A stretch of 64,000 nt of DNA from Phoronis australis (GCA_002633005.1 NMRA01000907.1:32226-96225); one strand, 5' to 3'. Positions 13,192 through 27,250 are shown, counted from the first letter of the stretch. Notes: a model not told the origin generated them from the letters alone. Program-made: numbers and translations.

Positions 13192-15539
13192 CCTCTATTT
13201 TGATTTACGAGGGCGTGTTTCATGAGAACTGATTTTAAGACTTTAGACAGGAATTTGGTCTTGCGACCCACATAATTCTTTCTGAAAAATAATTTCAACT
13301 GAATTTAGCAAAATAATAAATGCACAAAAAACGTATCGAGAATGGCATTGATGTACCTGTAGTTTTATCCCACCGGACATTATTCCGTGGAATAACGTCG
13401 AGTGCGATATTAGCTCCTCTACGCCAATCGAGGTGCGTTTTTTATTTATCCCATACGCTTCGAATTCCTAAGTTACTTTCAATGTTTCGGTAGATTTTTA
13501 AATACTTCACTCAGGCTGTTCAAGCGGCGGATCACATTCTATATGTACATGTATGTGCCAGCGCTTTAGGTTACAAATTTTCTCATGTGAAAGAAGCAGT
13601 TTCAAATGTCAGAAAAAGGGTAATTTGTTAAGATCACGCTCATTCAATGCAACGACGTTATCATGTACACGTATAAAGACAATCGTGTGCAGTGGTTTTC
13701 CCGAATGTATATGAAGTAATGTTCTCGACAATGTCACGCTGAATTTCGAAATAGCTGCGCCATGATAATGAAGTTTTGCTATCGCCCCAGACAGCGACCA
13801 GGTCTCTGGTTAACAGACGTTCAACGCCACCTATAGATCCCATGTAATGAGGACGGGAGGTTTTAACCTATTCATATAAACACTGTTTTAACACCTTTCC
13901 TGGTATTATAATGCCGTGAAATTCCCATTGCTGTGCGGTAACAGGTACCAATGCCTTATGGAAAAAGGCAAAAAATTAAAATATCAATAAATGAACAAGG
14001 ACACGATGTTCCATACATGTATATTTCCTACTGCGAAAACAATCAGCGACAAAGCCAGTGTCTGAGGCACATAAAGCGGTAGAATTTCGATCCTAGCCGG
14101 ATTTCTGTCCTGCAAATCTGAATTGGGGTCAAGCGGACTTCATTTTCCTGCTCTCGTTATAAAGAGCGCTTATACTATATGAAGTCCTCGTTTGACGCGT
14201 TTACTACATAAGCCAACAATAGAGTACATGTATATTAGCCTGCGCGAAAGTAGTTCACTTTAGTCTGTCATTTTGCTCGGTACACGGCGCTTTTTGTAAA
14301 CATGGTGGCTCGCGATTTCTCGTTTAGCCAGTAGGCCTATCGCGTTTCTGGATCAATGTAAGTGTTACTGAACAACTGTTGTAAATGCCGACTCAGATCA
14401 ATCCCCGAAACGGAAATCTAACCTAGACCAGCCATGTACGGTTGTAATTGTATAAAAATTGAGCATACGTCGCGATTCTACTCGGGGATTCCATCGATAG
14501 GGCATTCCCCGAGTACCCTATGCATGACAAGGGAGATAAGTCTTCATTTTGATACATAAACGAATCTACAAATTCAGATTTTCTCCACTACAAGGATTAT
14601 AATAACAATTTTTAAGAACTTAGTTCCAACTTCTACAAAACTCATTCAAATTACAACAATGGCGAATCGTTTTTCTGCGGTTTATTTGGCGCGGATACGA
14701 ACCGATATGATCTCGCCTGATCTAGCCTCATCACCCGTTTTCAGTGGTGTTTTGTAAATGTGACTTGCCATATGTGAAAGACTAGTCGCCAACCGACTAG
14801 AGCTACGTCTTTCGTGAAAATGCTTTTGACGAACATTGTGTCTAGTAAACATGGTTAAAGTCGGCCGTTAAGTAAGACTGTCGTGTTTGTCATCTCATGA
14901 AAAAGTTGAGTTTCGGTCTTCGTTAACGATAACTATTTACGATTGAGGAAAGTCTTTCTCGTTAATTAGAAATAAAAAGTTGTTGATGTTCCCCAATTTT
15001 GTGTACAAGACACATGGATGTAGAAACGTTCCGACGAAATCTGTGAGCACTAGCAATATCTTCTCTGCTTTTTGTGATTACGGCAACATATGCATCGTCG
15101 TTGTAGTTTTGAGAAGACCTGAATTGTTTGATAGCCACCAGTTTCTTTCAGATAATTTTACAGCCTAGGTATAATTTGCTTAAATTATCCCAGTAACTAG
15201 CAGTCACAGACAATGCATACATTCACCATTTTGAATCATTAATTTCAGGATGACCAGACCAACATGCTTTGTTTTTGAATCGTTGATGATTTCGATGTTC
15301 TTGTTGGCAACGGAAATAGAATTCTATCATTTGACGGTAAGGAATATAACGAGACGGATTTTATGAGAGGAAAAGACTTAACTCGATTTTCGTTTTTATC
15401 CAGCCAAAGAAGGAGAAATACTACTTATTATTTAATGTAAATATTCGACCGCTTTTAAATCTGTGACTGGTTAAAAAGTATGCAATAGAAATTATCCATG
15501 TCACTGAGCAGGAGGATAATTATCCTTCCTATCACTTAA

Positions 15540-16185
15540 AGAGGCTTTGAACGCAAAAACAGACTAAATTGTATAATTCAAACTGGTTCTCTACCACTGA
15601 AACAGAACTTAGCGTGTACATCCCCTTATATTGAAAATGTGACCTTTGACATTTGATGTAAGCAAAACAATCGCGACTTCAAGTAGCACCCGATTAAGAG
15701 GAACTTGATGTTTAAAATTGTTACAAAGTATCGTACATGTAATATTCAAAAGATGTTCTAAAATGCGATTGGAATTACGATTAGGAAAGCTCTTGTTTCA
15801 CTGTCATTCATCATACTGTGCTGTCCCATCATACTGTGCTGTCCCATCATACTGTGCTGTCCCATCATACTGTGCTGTCCCATCATACTGTGCTGTCCCA
15901 TCATACTGTGCTGTCAACTTCAGATTCGGAGTTCGATCACTCATCATATTCTGACATTAATATCTTTGTCAGTCAGCTTTTTTCGACTGGCTGTGAGTGC
16001 ATGCGTACGCTTATCATACGTGAGACGAAGATTAGAAACTGTGTGGTGACTACAGAGTTTTAAGAATTGGGAATTTTGTGACATTTCGTGGACACTCATT
16101 CACAAGGAAAGTTGCAAAATGATACTTTAGTCAGGAATTATTGTTTAAAATATATTTTTGACCGGCTTTTGCGTTCGATGCCTCT
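15540..16185. mobile_element. Kolobok-like non-autonomous DNA transposon
   Basis: ttaa-agaggctttgaacgcaaaa ... ttttgcgttcgatgcctc-ttaa: imperfect TIRs with TTAA-like flanks. Confidence 0.6.
15809..15915. repeat. 18-bp minisatellite, 6 copies (catcatactgtgctgtcc)
   Basis: Six essentially perfect tandem units. Confidence 0.95.
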
Positions 16186-16436
16186 TAAATAGTCACGAAA
16201 ACCAACTACATTTTGTGAATTCGCTGAAAATATTTCCCCCAAATAGACAATTTACGGAAAGGGGATGCCGGAGTGGTATCAAAAGTAGAAATGTGCGCTT
16301 GTCATTGCTTTTGGTGCCCGAAATGACAAGGTTATGTCATGCTTTGATCGCCTTCAAATACCACATGTGGAGATAATGCGACAGGATTTGAGTAAGGTAA
16401 TGCGCTGGTGATGGCTATCGGTTAAATCACAATCAA

Positions 16437-18401
16437 GGTCCATATTCGAGAGTTGACTGTGTTACGGACTAAAATAATATTTTTGGTCACTTACCAAATG
16501 CCAAATGAATATCATATGCAAAGAGTTATTTAGATGTGCAAATTAAAAAAGATTCATCAAAATCGGACAATGTTTGAGAAATTTATGCATGTTTTTGTCT
16601 ATGAATTTGATACATTTTTAGCGTTACGAGTGGCCATTTTAAAAATTACAGTTTTCAACTGTCAACAGTAGAAAATAAATTTATTTCAATTGCTTTGATA
16701 TAACTGGGAATAACTTGAGTCACTTTCAGAATAACTTAGATGAAGTTGTGCTTCATCATTGAGAAATGGTAGCGTTCATCATGAAAGAGGCACTCGTTAC
16801 GAAATTTATAATTCTATGTTTCTAACCCTCACCTATTGGAAAGAAGGTCAAAAACTTAAGTTCACATTCTGTAATGAAAAGAACTGCAGAATATGTTAGC
16901 CTAGGCAACACAATGAATTATTCAATATCTAAAAAAACTATTGACTGGGTTATGCTATGGTGAAAATGGCCCAAAAGGCTAACAAAATGTAGTGTACGTA
17001 CCCCCATGTGGAATTCAGTAACACAAATGGTCATTGCAAATGAAATTATTGCCCTTTGAATAACAATATGGTGCTTATTATCATCAAAGACAAATAAATA
17101 GCCAAACAACATTATGTTACCATGTGATGCAGAATTAGTGACGTAGTGTAGGTACATGTACCTCTGTTGTAGTGTACGTACCCCCATTTTAACAAATGCC
17201 ATGAAATTGAAATATCACTTGGTAAGTGAGCAACATTGATCATAGACTGTTTCCTTAAAAATGTTAGGTTGAAAGGTGTTTATTGCAAAAGCATTTGTTA
17301 GGAGTGAAATATTTGCATTTGTGTAGTGTACGTACCCCCATATTTTAATTTGTGCCTATTTTCAAAGTAGGGCAGATATGCACATGAATGCTGTGCTTTT
17401 TTTCTCTTTGAATTGATTTAATAAATCAACTAACTCTCAGTAGATTATTAGTATTTAGGAACAAACCTGACATGTCATTGAAATGTAGTGTACGTACCCC
17501 TGTGTAGTGTACGTACCTCGACCTCTGTGCTATAAAGTATTGCCCACAGGTATTTTTACGTACTGCTGTTCTCATGAACAATAATGACATTTCCAGAATG
17601 CATCCAGTTTGACAAAAAACAATGGACATTATTAAATTTGTGAGCAGTAAAATGCCACACAGGACTTTGATAGTAACATCCTAGAAGACACGGCATGTGA
17701 CAACTGATATTGCGGAGGCAGGCCCTCTATCTCTCAAGACAACTTGCAAAAAACAACTAGTAGAGGCGGCACAAAACTGGAGATTATCCCATACATTTTT
17801 AACTTAGTCAAAATTTGACGTTGATTGGCTGTGCATACTGTACGTACCCCTCAACCAGTACCATATTTTACTGTTTGCAAGTTGAACATTGGGCCTAGCA
17901 TTGCTTTAGCTATTTTGACCAACTGGTGAATGTGTTGAAAACTACGCAAATGGCATCGATATTTTTTTTTTTGAAAAAAGTAGTTACTTGTCATTTTCTT
18001 TTTGTAAGAATCATATTGCAAGATAAGAAGTTCTCATTATACTGTGTTAAGATATGCAATGTATCATCATCTAGAACAACTTGATCAGCACGGTACTAAC
18101 TTTTCTTACTTTAGTATCTTATACTTCTGCAATTTGATCAAGAACTTACATGTATTAAAGTAACAGCTGCATTAGGAATTTTTGCATGTGAGAAGTGGGC
18201 TGTGACCAGAAATTGTGATGTACGTACATGTACCCTTTTATACAACAGCGATGCATTACGCCATACAATTTTAGTCGGTGGTTCTTGTGCAAAATTATTT
18301 TAGTTTACAAACCTCGAATGATGGTACTTTAAAATAACCTAGCTTTTCCAGTTATATGACAACCTTCATTTTTCAACAAAAGTGGTCACCGAAGATGGAC
18401 C
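16437..18401. mobile_element. About 2-kb non-autonomous DNA transposon (Kolobok-like)
   Basis: Ends tcaa-GGTCCATATTCG and CGAAGATGGACC-ttga are inverted; at least 6 dispersed copies of gtagtgtacgtacccc inside. Confidence 0.55.
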
Positions 18402-18574
18402 TTGAGTGTGCCCTTATCGAATCCAGTGGCTTGCTATGCGACCGCTGGTGGATGCGCTGTCTCAACTAAGTTCGTGTCTCATATTTCATGTCATAGGTAT
18501 TGTTAGACCGAAAATTTATAAAAACTTTAATTGATGCTCTTTTTTCAAACAGGGTTCTTCAGTTTGCTCTCAAC

Positions 18575-19612
18575 ATGACGTCATCCAGTCCTGATATTCT
18601 GAATGGGACAGTCGTTATTCAGGAACTCAACCAGGAACTCATCGTCGCAGAATGCGTGATTATCTCTCTCTACATTTTAATAGGAACTCTGGGAAACCTT
18701 CTTATAATATTTGCCATTTTGATTCAAAAAGAAGTCCGCAAAAATGTTGGCAATGCCCTTATAATAAACCTGGCGCTATCCGATCTCCTTATGTCAGGAT
18801 TTTTGTTGCCAATTTTGCTGGCCAATTCTCTGTCTAATTACGCTATCCTGACTGACAGCGCGCTCTGTGTTGTCGCGGACATTATCCAACGTTTCAGCAT
18901 TGTCTTGTCTGCGTACAGCATGCCCCTTATTGCTTTCAATCGATTCGTCAATATTTGCCGCAACAATATGTACGCAACATTATTTTCAAAGCGCCGTACG
19001 TTCTGCATGATAGTTGGATTGCACGTGTTCTCGGTAATTGCCACCATTTTAAGGTTGGTGAACTTCGGGAACAACAGAAAAGAACAGTCTTGCGAAATGA
19101 ATGATAATAACAAGACATTCAACACAACAAGCACTGCCATAGTTGTTACCTTCGTACTCATACCATCATTGCTGACTAGTTTTTTTTACTTTCGAATTTT
19201 TATTAAAATTCGTAACAGCACGTTTGCCACAGGACAGAGTCTTCACAAGAAAAAATCCATCAATACTTTGTTTCTGGTCTTTTCACTATACGTCATATCG
19301 TGGTCGCCACTGCTCGTGCGCATTCTTGTAGATCCGCGCGGCCTCTGGCCACGTGAAGCCCACAAAATCGTCATGTGGATTGGATTCTCTAATTCCTGCC
19401 TTAACAGTTTCATTTATGGATTAAGATCTCAACAGTTTCGTAAAGGATACATGCGAGTCCTTTGTTTCTGGAACAGTGCTCATCACCACGTCAACGCCAT
19501 CCATCCCACGTCGTTGGAACTTGCGACTTCCTCGTACAACGTGTCGACGCTGCGCACTAGTGAAAAAGTGATGCCATTTGGTCCACCCTTAGAGTCCATT
19601 AGGCATGTTTAA
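18575..19612 (+). CDS. Class A (rhodopsin-like) GPCR, melatonin-receptor-like, intronless CDS, about 345 aa
   Basis: Seven hydrophobic segments; GN in TM1, NLALSD in TM2, AFNRF in TM3, SWSP in TM6, NSCLNSFIYG in TM7, FRKGY helix 8. ATG at 18575 (caacATG) follows a likely acceptor tttttcaaacAG at 18552; the ORF-track start 18500 is a TTG. Confidence 0.93.
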   Translation: MTSSSPDILNGTVVIQELNQELIVAECVIISLYILIGTLGNLLIIFAILIQKEVRKNVGNALIINLALSDLLMSGFLLPILLANSLSNYAILTDSALCVVADIIQRFSIVLSAYSMPLIAFNRFVNICRNNMYATLFSKRRTFCMIVGLHVFSVIATILRLVNFGNNRKEQSCEMNDNNKTFNTTSTAIVVTFVLIPSLLTSFFYFRIFIKIRNSTFATGQSLHKKKSINTLFLVFSLYVISWSPLLVRILVDPRGLWPREAHKIVMWIGFSNSCLNSFIYGLRSQQFRKGYMRVLCFWNSAHHHVNAIHPTSLELATSSYNVSTLRTSEKVMPFGPPLESIRHV

Positions 19613-22573
19613 CTTGCCCATCTTAGGCCTACATGTATGGCCTAGAGCTTGGACATAAGTCGCGGTGGAAAGTTTCAATCGAAGGTACACAAATCCAAAA
19701 GGTATTTCTGATATTGGGAAAACAGTTAAATTGTATCAACGGCAGCTGCTTAAATAAGAAATAGGGTTGTGACTCAAGGAATCAGTCGCTAACTGGCAAT
19801 ATATCTGATGCCATCAACTGTTTGTACGGAACGCCTGCCAATAGAGGACGTTTTCCTGTGACACATTCCTGTACAGAGCAAATGCGAGTGTCAGTGCATT
19901 TCAAGGCACCGACTTATCTATTTTCTGATGGAGTATACTTAATTCCATTTCTGAATTCGGTAAGACTTAAAAAGTATTGAGAAAATGGACTTGAACATGC
20001 CGGCGACGACACGACCAGTGTTGAACGTGAATGATGTCGATGGAAACTACCAGTTGTAAGCTTGGCGGATCTTTACCAAAGATGTAATTTATTTGATTAC
20101 TTTCCATTGAAGTACATTATATCTACGCTGTACGTAGACTCCCTTCTAGCTGTTTACCCAGTCAGCTAGCGGCATGAAAAGTATTGTCAAAATATTTAGT
20201 ATACAGCTTTGCAACAAGGCTACAGTCTCTTTTCCTCCTGCTGTAGTTTGAACGCGTGCTCGGAAGTTTGGTGCACCGCAAAAGCAGTACAGGGCACTCC
20301 AAAACGTGTATGTATTGGGGCTCACAAAAAGCGTTTTTGCACACCTTCTCTTTAAAATGCTTTACTAGAGAGGGTCTGGGCCCGCCCGGCCACCTTTTCA
20401 CTGCGTCACTGCAGACAGATCTTTGCTGGGAAAGACCATTGCCAGAAAAAGGATACGACATTCACATTTAGCGTTACAAAACTGCCAATGTCTCAGAGCA
20501 CTCAATATTCCTGTTTGATTCATGGAGAGATATGAGCCCTTGAAACCATTTTGATCATTTTTACTTTTAGCGGATAAACATTGCCATAGCTTTTTTGAAA
20601 CGTGACGACAATGTTGTGAGTGCAAGGCGTGCTTTCTGTGAGCTTATCTGTTGCCTATTAGTAGTTGAGGTAGTTGCATGTCCCGAGATTGAACATCATG
20701 TACCACTTGCATGTACTGTATGTTTAAATACGCAGGTTGGAGGTCAGTATGGTGAGGGCAGTGGTCAAAGTCTGTAACTAATTAATGAGGACTTTCGAAA
20801 CCTTAGACTTACAAGTTTTGCAACCTATTTATGTTCTTCTGAGGTCTGTTTTACGGTAAAAACGTACGGAGACCGGTATAGTGTAATTTTCTGTATGCCG
20901 GAAGAGGTGGGGATATCATTATTGCACTTATTGTACTTACGGCAATTTTTCAAAACCGGACTGAGTTTTATCCCCAAAACATTGAAAAACTTAAGAGGAC
21001 AGACTTCATCCTTACATCAGGGAATAAGTCGTACCTTTTGGCTGAATCCCTTAGGCATATATCCCTACTTTCCTTCTCAAACGGCTTCTTCTGTGGTACC
21101 GTGACAAATAATGTTTGCATAACGGACATTAGAATAACAAATCAACAATATTTAAGCTGCAGACTTATAAGTTGTGAGTGAAGTAGCTGACACCAATACA
21201 ACAATTTGGGTGCTAAGTTTTAGTTTCAATGATTCGGAAATTTTAATTCCATGCTCAGATGGCTCAATATATTTATGTCATGAGTGCATTATATCAGGGG
21301 TCTCTTGTGACTGGGACTCGTTCAGTTTATGCTGTTGTCAGTGATGGGCACCGGCGGCTGAGTCGAACCGACCAGGAATTCACTTCAAAGATCTAGTTGT
21401 AGCTTGATGTTTACGACTTTGTCTTGGCCGAAATGTGACAATCTAGTATTTGCCCGCTAATTCCAAATCTTTCACAAAACCACTGTCGCTCAACTACTGT
21501 CGACTGCAAATGATGACTGTCCTAAGGTACAACGCGAACTCCTCCGACCGATTGTATGCATTTTGTAAACTGGACCAGATATTCAAAATAAAGCGGGAAC
21601 ATACAAACAATGCTTATTTCATTTGAGGAGAAAGGCGGTTTTCACGATTACAATGTATATACGTCAAATACTAAGGAAACACCACACATATATAACCACA
21701 TGTACCATGATGCGCATGCGCCAGAGCCATTGTCTCAATAGTTTCAAAGACGCGGCAGCAATCGTATACTGGGTGTCTTAAAAATATTCACAGAAATTAT
21801 TCTCAAGTGTGTACAAAGATAAGGTTTTACTAGAAACTAACAGTGTTTTTTTCTCATTTTTGGTACCTTGAAGTTGATTTGGCCATGAGAAGAAGTGAGA
21901 AAAATTGCTACAGTGGATTCTACAGAGAACAGATTTTTTAGCATCAAATGCAACATGTTGTGCGGAAACATGGCGGGTATCAGGCTTTCAGCAAAACTGA
22001 GCTACTTGTTGTGCGAAGGGAGACAAAAATGGAAGGAACTGTTTCAATGTTTTTACTGAAAAAAGGCTACAGCTGAAGATAAGTGATCTTTCTGTGAAGC
22101 ATGCAAAGTCTGTAAGAGAGGTAGTTTCGCAAAGTCTAAAAAAACAATTAGTCGCACTCTCTGCATGCATTAAGAGTCAACTGTGGCATTTCTTTGGATA
22201 CGAAAAACATCCTTGGTCCCCTCCGAAACAAAATCCTGATATCCATTATTCAGAGTATCTCTAGGAACGCTTTTGGGAAACCTTCCACTTACTCTGGCCG
22301 ATACACAAAGAAACGCAATGCAACACAAACTAACTTGAGATGCAAGATAAAAGTTAAATCTCACTTTTCAGTACGGCATAATTTCGAGGATACAAATAAA
22401 AGGATTAAACATCTAACCAATAACGTACCCTATATTTTTAGGTTACATTTATCAACAAATACAACAGAGTCCACATCAACCCATGTAGGCGAATTCCATT
22501 TCCCAATCGTCTGAGTTCAAGATGTTTCAGAATCCATCCCTGAACTGGGAATAGCCGTCGTATTCTCTGGCAT

Positions 22574-22716
22574 AGGCGGCTCCAGAGATCCAGACCCCTC
22601 CTTTTCTCTTAGGTTTAGTGATACCAAATCTAGAATTGTCAAATTGTTGACTTGGACCTCCCTTTTTAAAAGTCCTCGATCCGGCCGCCCCTTTAAAAAA
22701 TCCTGGATCCGCCGTA
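22574..22716. mobile_element. Short hAT-like MITE remnant (ggcggatccagg type)
   Basis: ggcggctccag ... aaaaaatcctggatccgcc inverted ends. Confidence 0.4.
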
Positions 22717-24359
22717 TTTGGGTATGTCCAGTGCTTAGCCAATCGGGCGCTCGATACAGAAAACAATTTCTCGTGACCTTTCAAAGCCACAGAACCTGCG
22801 CACGACTGGTGCACTGCATAGGAAATTTGACCTCCTGCACTCGTTTTTATCATTTTAAAGGGGCGTGGAATGAGAGGACTCGTAAAAAATGCGCATGTAC
22901 TTATTGGAGATGCTAAATTGCGAGTTAGTCGAATCACTTTGAATACCTCAAAAAATTTTCAGATTCACTATTGTTGAAATACTGACGAACTTAAACTGTT
23001 ATTAAGTATTTTATCAATATTTATTGAAAAGAAACGTGATTATACAAGGACAAAGGGAGACATTCATGCACAAATACGGGCGCATGCGCGTGTATATGCA
23101 AATTTAGTCAGTCAGTGTTATTGCCTGATAAGATGTAAGAAAATGTTTCCTCATGTTTCTTATACTTACATGTATAGTACCATTATTCAAAAGAAGAAAG
23201 TTCTGAAATTAGGTTCGTGTTTACCATTCCCTCAAAACCAAAAATATTGGTTATTGTATTGTTGACTTTTGCTAGATATTTGAATCTCTACATCTTAAGT
23301 GAATGCCATTTCAAAACCTTACATGTACCTTCTGCTTGAGGCAGTTTCTTGAAAATAAATTTTACGCTTACTGTATGTACGGATGTTAGTAATAGGAAGG
23401 GTCAAGTGGCAAATTAACGCTGTTTAGCCGTTGAATGCTAAACTAAGAAAAAATAAGGTGTGTCATTACAAAGAGCGGCCCTTTGTCCAAGGAATGTAAT
23501 TATTTCCCTTGTTTCGGGACATATATTAATGGGGTAATTATGTTCTTAGTTCTCGGAAATCACACGTGAACAATTTGAGAACAATTTCATAACGGTAAGT
23601 GACCTAATTAAGAAGATTGCTTTCTGTCACGGATAACGTGTTTATATCCGTTTTACATCTAGTGAGCATTATACAGCAACTTTACTATAGGAAGTGTTAT
23701 GGAGCTCGTGGGGCTCGAGTTCCCTCCTTTTCCTAGACACGGCCAAAAAGCACAACTGGCATACAGCTATTAGGTGCTACAGCTACAGTTTTCCTTCGAA
23801 AAGTTGGTCACCTTACAGCATCCTATAGATCCGCCATTACTACATGTAGAAGCGAGATTGTTCTGCAATGAATTTCTTCAATCAGCACATTTAGAACAAC
23901 AAACCGACACAGCTTTCGGAAACTCTCAAGTAAATTTTCGACATACTCGAGGGTACATATACATGAACAGCTGATTGAAGATTACGTAAGCCTTAATGTC
24001 AATTCCGTACATTTAGTCAAATATCTACAGAATTACAGAATTTAATTCAGCAAAACCTTGCATTTTCTGAAAGTAGAAGTTACATAGGATTTGGGTTTTG
24101 ACTTTATACCACCTGCCACTAATCATTTCTAGGTATATTTCGCAAAAAGTAAGGTACGTTCATTGCAAAACAACAGGATAAATAACGTAACCAAATTTCG
24201 TGTTCTATAAATGTTTCAGAAGAAATCTCAAAAACAATGTTACAGTTTTTAAAATCACAGTTTCGTTTTTGCTTGTGCAACATTTTTTATGAAAATAATA
24301 CAAGACCTCTCATGCAACACAGTAACATTTAAAAAAATCCTAAGCCTTTTCTAGAACAT

Positions 24360-24780
24360 GTTAATAAAAATAACAGCGGATTTAAAGCGGCTGGACATGT
24401 TTCGGTGTCGTTTATTTAAAGACCATCATCATAAGAACAGAGAACATAGTGGCCACCTAACTAGGCCCAACGACAAGTAATGAAACAGACAGTCAATAAC
24501 AGGGAGGGACAATAACTAGACCAACAATGACATCCTGTGGTGTTCCAGTTGCCTATTGAGATTTGGGCTTGCACCAACTGCTGTGTAGAGCCTCAGGAAT
24601 TTTAAGCTCCTTTGTTGTTTCCGTTTTGTCATTAAAACTACTCTTATCCTTCAGTAAACTTAGGAACCAGGTTCCTAGAATAAATTAACTTATTTACCAG
24701 TGTTTGAACAGTTAGCGATCGTTAATCAGCTTCTGCTTAAATTGTGATGCGTTCTCTTGTCAGTGTTGGCTTTTTGCGAT
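24360..24780 (-). mobile_element. Decayed Penelope-like element 3' fragment with degenerate hammerhead motif
   Basis: Minus-strand ELKIPEALH...KP(N)LNRQ resembles the PLE GIY-YIG C-terminus; followed by (a)TGATGA-tggtc...gacacc-GAAACATGTC at 24391-24435. Confidence 0.55.
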
Positions 24781-25859
24781 TATGTCACCTGACCCTTAAC
24801 CAGTTTCTTTTCCCCGGATTCGTTTGTCAAGTATTCTTCGCTGCTGGCAGCTAGGTTGCGCACATTCCACAACAAATATATAAAAATTGTTTCATTTCCT
24901 TACAAGTCTTTAGTATTTTTATACCAGCAAACCGAATTTTAGAACGAACCTTGGTGCTGCGAAACTGTCATCATCTCCCGAAAGACGTCTCAAAATTTCA
25001 GGAAATGGCGCGTGCGCTGTGTCAGCAGGGTGTTGTTTGTTTTTGAAACAGACCACACTTCTTTGTTACAAAATGCGGCGAATTATGCTAGAAAATGACG
25101 TTTATTTGATTGTTTTCCACTTAAACGGCTGCAACGAACAAAGTGAATGTCGGTTGACTACCAGATTTTGCATGCACCCCCGCCGGTCCGTTAGCTTTAC
25201 ACGTTGATGTACCCTAAGTTTTACGATGTGGCGAGATAAGTCAACTATATCCGGGGAGTAAAATTTTTGGGTGTATCTAACCAGCACTTCAAGTTTAGAG
25301 AGCTGAGTATTGGCATATAGCTGACTGACTGGCTGGCTAGAGTCCACATTGCCCACGGCACAGTCAGACAAATGTAAATTGCTGATACGGACTGGTTGCA
25401 CCGGCAGATTTTCGTCTGACGAAGACGACGACTGGTTGTCACTTTGTGTTGCCTTGACTCAAAAAGGTAGCCCTGGTGACCAGACATTTCATACTAAACT
25501 TTCTTATTCCGACAATATGAAGAATGACACTTGACTGCAGGCTTACATAGGGCAGTGGCTTTGCCCCCACCAAATACGTGACGAGAAGCAGCGCTCCAAG
25601 CGGGTATTTTTTTGAGCTTCGTTAGAGAATATAACTTTACTTTTTAATGTTGAATTATTTGTGAAAATATTCAACAACTCATACTTTGTTATCTTGAATT
25701 GTTTGTGAAATTAATCAACAACTCATAGAAAACTATAAAAATTTATTCAGAATTAAACACAGTTCCCTTTTATGAGACAGCATTGGTTGAAAGAAGGCAA
25801 TGTCGGGATTATTGTTAGACGGGGTGAACTCGGGCTAACTGTGAAAAACAATAACTTTT

Positions 25860-26640
25860 GATTAAGGCTAACAACGCTTTACAAAGCCCAACAAACCTGT
25901 GGACATGGGGCTCACAGAGGAATCCTCGTGTGAATTGTGCAAGCACCAACAAATCTGGACTGTGCGCTGTCATCACGTTCACTGGCTCTTGCAGGGGGTG
26001 GAAAGAGCTGAAGAAGGACCGTAGGTTGACAAGAAGCCGGGGTAAGATTCACTGATTCCATACACTGGGAAACAACAACATGGGTGAAGCGTCCTTTTGG
26101 ATAAAGTAGGGGGTTGGAAGTTAACTGTGCACTTGCATAAGCGATCAAAATAGCCTGAGCAACCCTCGTCCAGAAATACATGTAGTAATGTGGTCAAGAC
26201 TAACCAAAAAACGGTACTGCTGGAGTTGACTGTGTCGTGGAAGGAGCGTGTAGAAGACGCTCATGAGAGGAAGAGAGAAAAATGTCAATAGCTAGTCGAT
26301 AAGTGCCACACGAATGGCTGTTGAATATGGAAGCAGCGTTTTTAGGCCAATCTGTTTGACGGGCGTTTCTTATGCTTTACGTACGATAGACAAGGGGTAC
26401 CAGGCTCAAAGAGCATCGCAGTGGTTGTGGAGAACGAAGAATGCTACATGGACAAAGGAGCGCTCTGGTGTCCCTGAAGGTAATGGAAAGGGCACATGTA
26501 GGCGGGAACCAAATGCCGGTATACAGTCCTGGGCCACGACTGATCACCTCGGTTGGCGCAACTCTGGAGGCTGTTGTGGACAGCGCCGAAACAGCCAAGG
26601 AAGGAAGACTTCCACCCGGTGACAGGACTGGTGTCGTTCC
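25860..26640 (+). mobile_element. HERO/R2-group LINE 3' fragment with restriction-like endonuclease remnant
   Basis: VLLELTVSWKERVEDAHERKREK (about 26210-26285), AVEYG and AQRASQWLW; frameshifted. Confidence 0.7.
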
Positions 26641-26990
26641 AACAGATGTTTCCAGGTAACTTACAAAAATACTCACTCACTTCAGAAGGGATCTCTGGAA
26701 TCGAGGAGAACTGACAGCATGCTTAAAGTTAGTTACAATATATGGCTACAGGCCAGGTTTAATACGTTTCTGGTCATGCGTGAATATTTCAGCACCGAAA
26801 CGGAATGTTCAAGATATTGACAAATTTGGTTATTGTAACCGAGTTCGAATCTGACTGTATGATGCCGTTTTTGGAAGCATATTCATGCTTTTAGGAAGAA
26901 AATTGACACGGGGTATTGTTTATTGCAGTTTTAAATTAATGCTATATATTATATTATCATTATATGATAAGTATTTTTGATAATTTATTT

Positions 26991-27250
26991 AACTAGCTGT
27001 GTTCCTGGCTCTCACTCACGCTGTGCAAAAAGACCCAGGACTTCTACATGGGGAAATATAGCCCGAATTGGGCTCTCAATGAAGCTTTTTGGAGTTACGG
27101 CCAATGTCGCACTTATCCAAATCGCTGTTGCTTCACTAGTTCTATTGGCGCGCCACTTACGAAATTTCACAAATGATCCAGTTGGAGTAGATTAGTTGAC
27201 CTTGGAGAAATTGCAAATTACAGGATTCGACAAAAATAAAAATCAATATA
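26991..27250 (-). mobile_element. Possible non-autonomous Helitron 3' fragment
   Basis: Minus strand ends ...gagccaggaacacagCTAGtt; internal gaaatttcacaaatgatcc motif. Confidence 0.3.

Noticed and set aside
15718-16063. ORFs with SYCAVP and LSHHTV repeats; possible CRISPR-like array
   Set aside because: They are translations of an 18-bp minisatellite with no spacers, inside a MITE
18500-18574. N-terminal extension of the GPCR in the ORF track
   Set aside because: TTG start; the segment contains a pyrimidine tract and AG acceptor, so it is probably intron and UTR
20398-20625. QNGFKG motif suggesting a LINE RT remnant
   Set aside because: Too degenerate; no further supporting motifs
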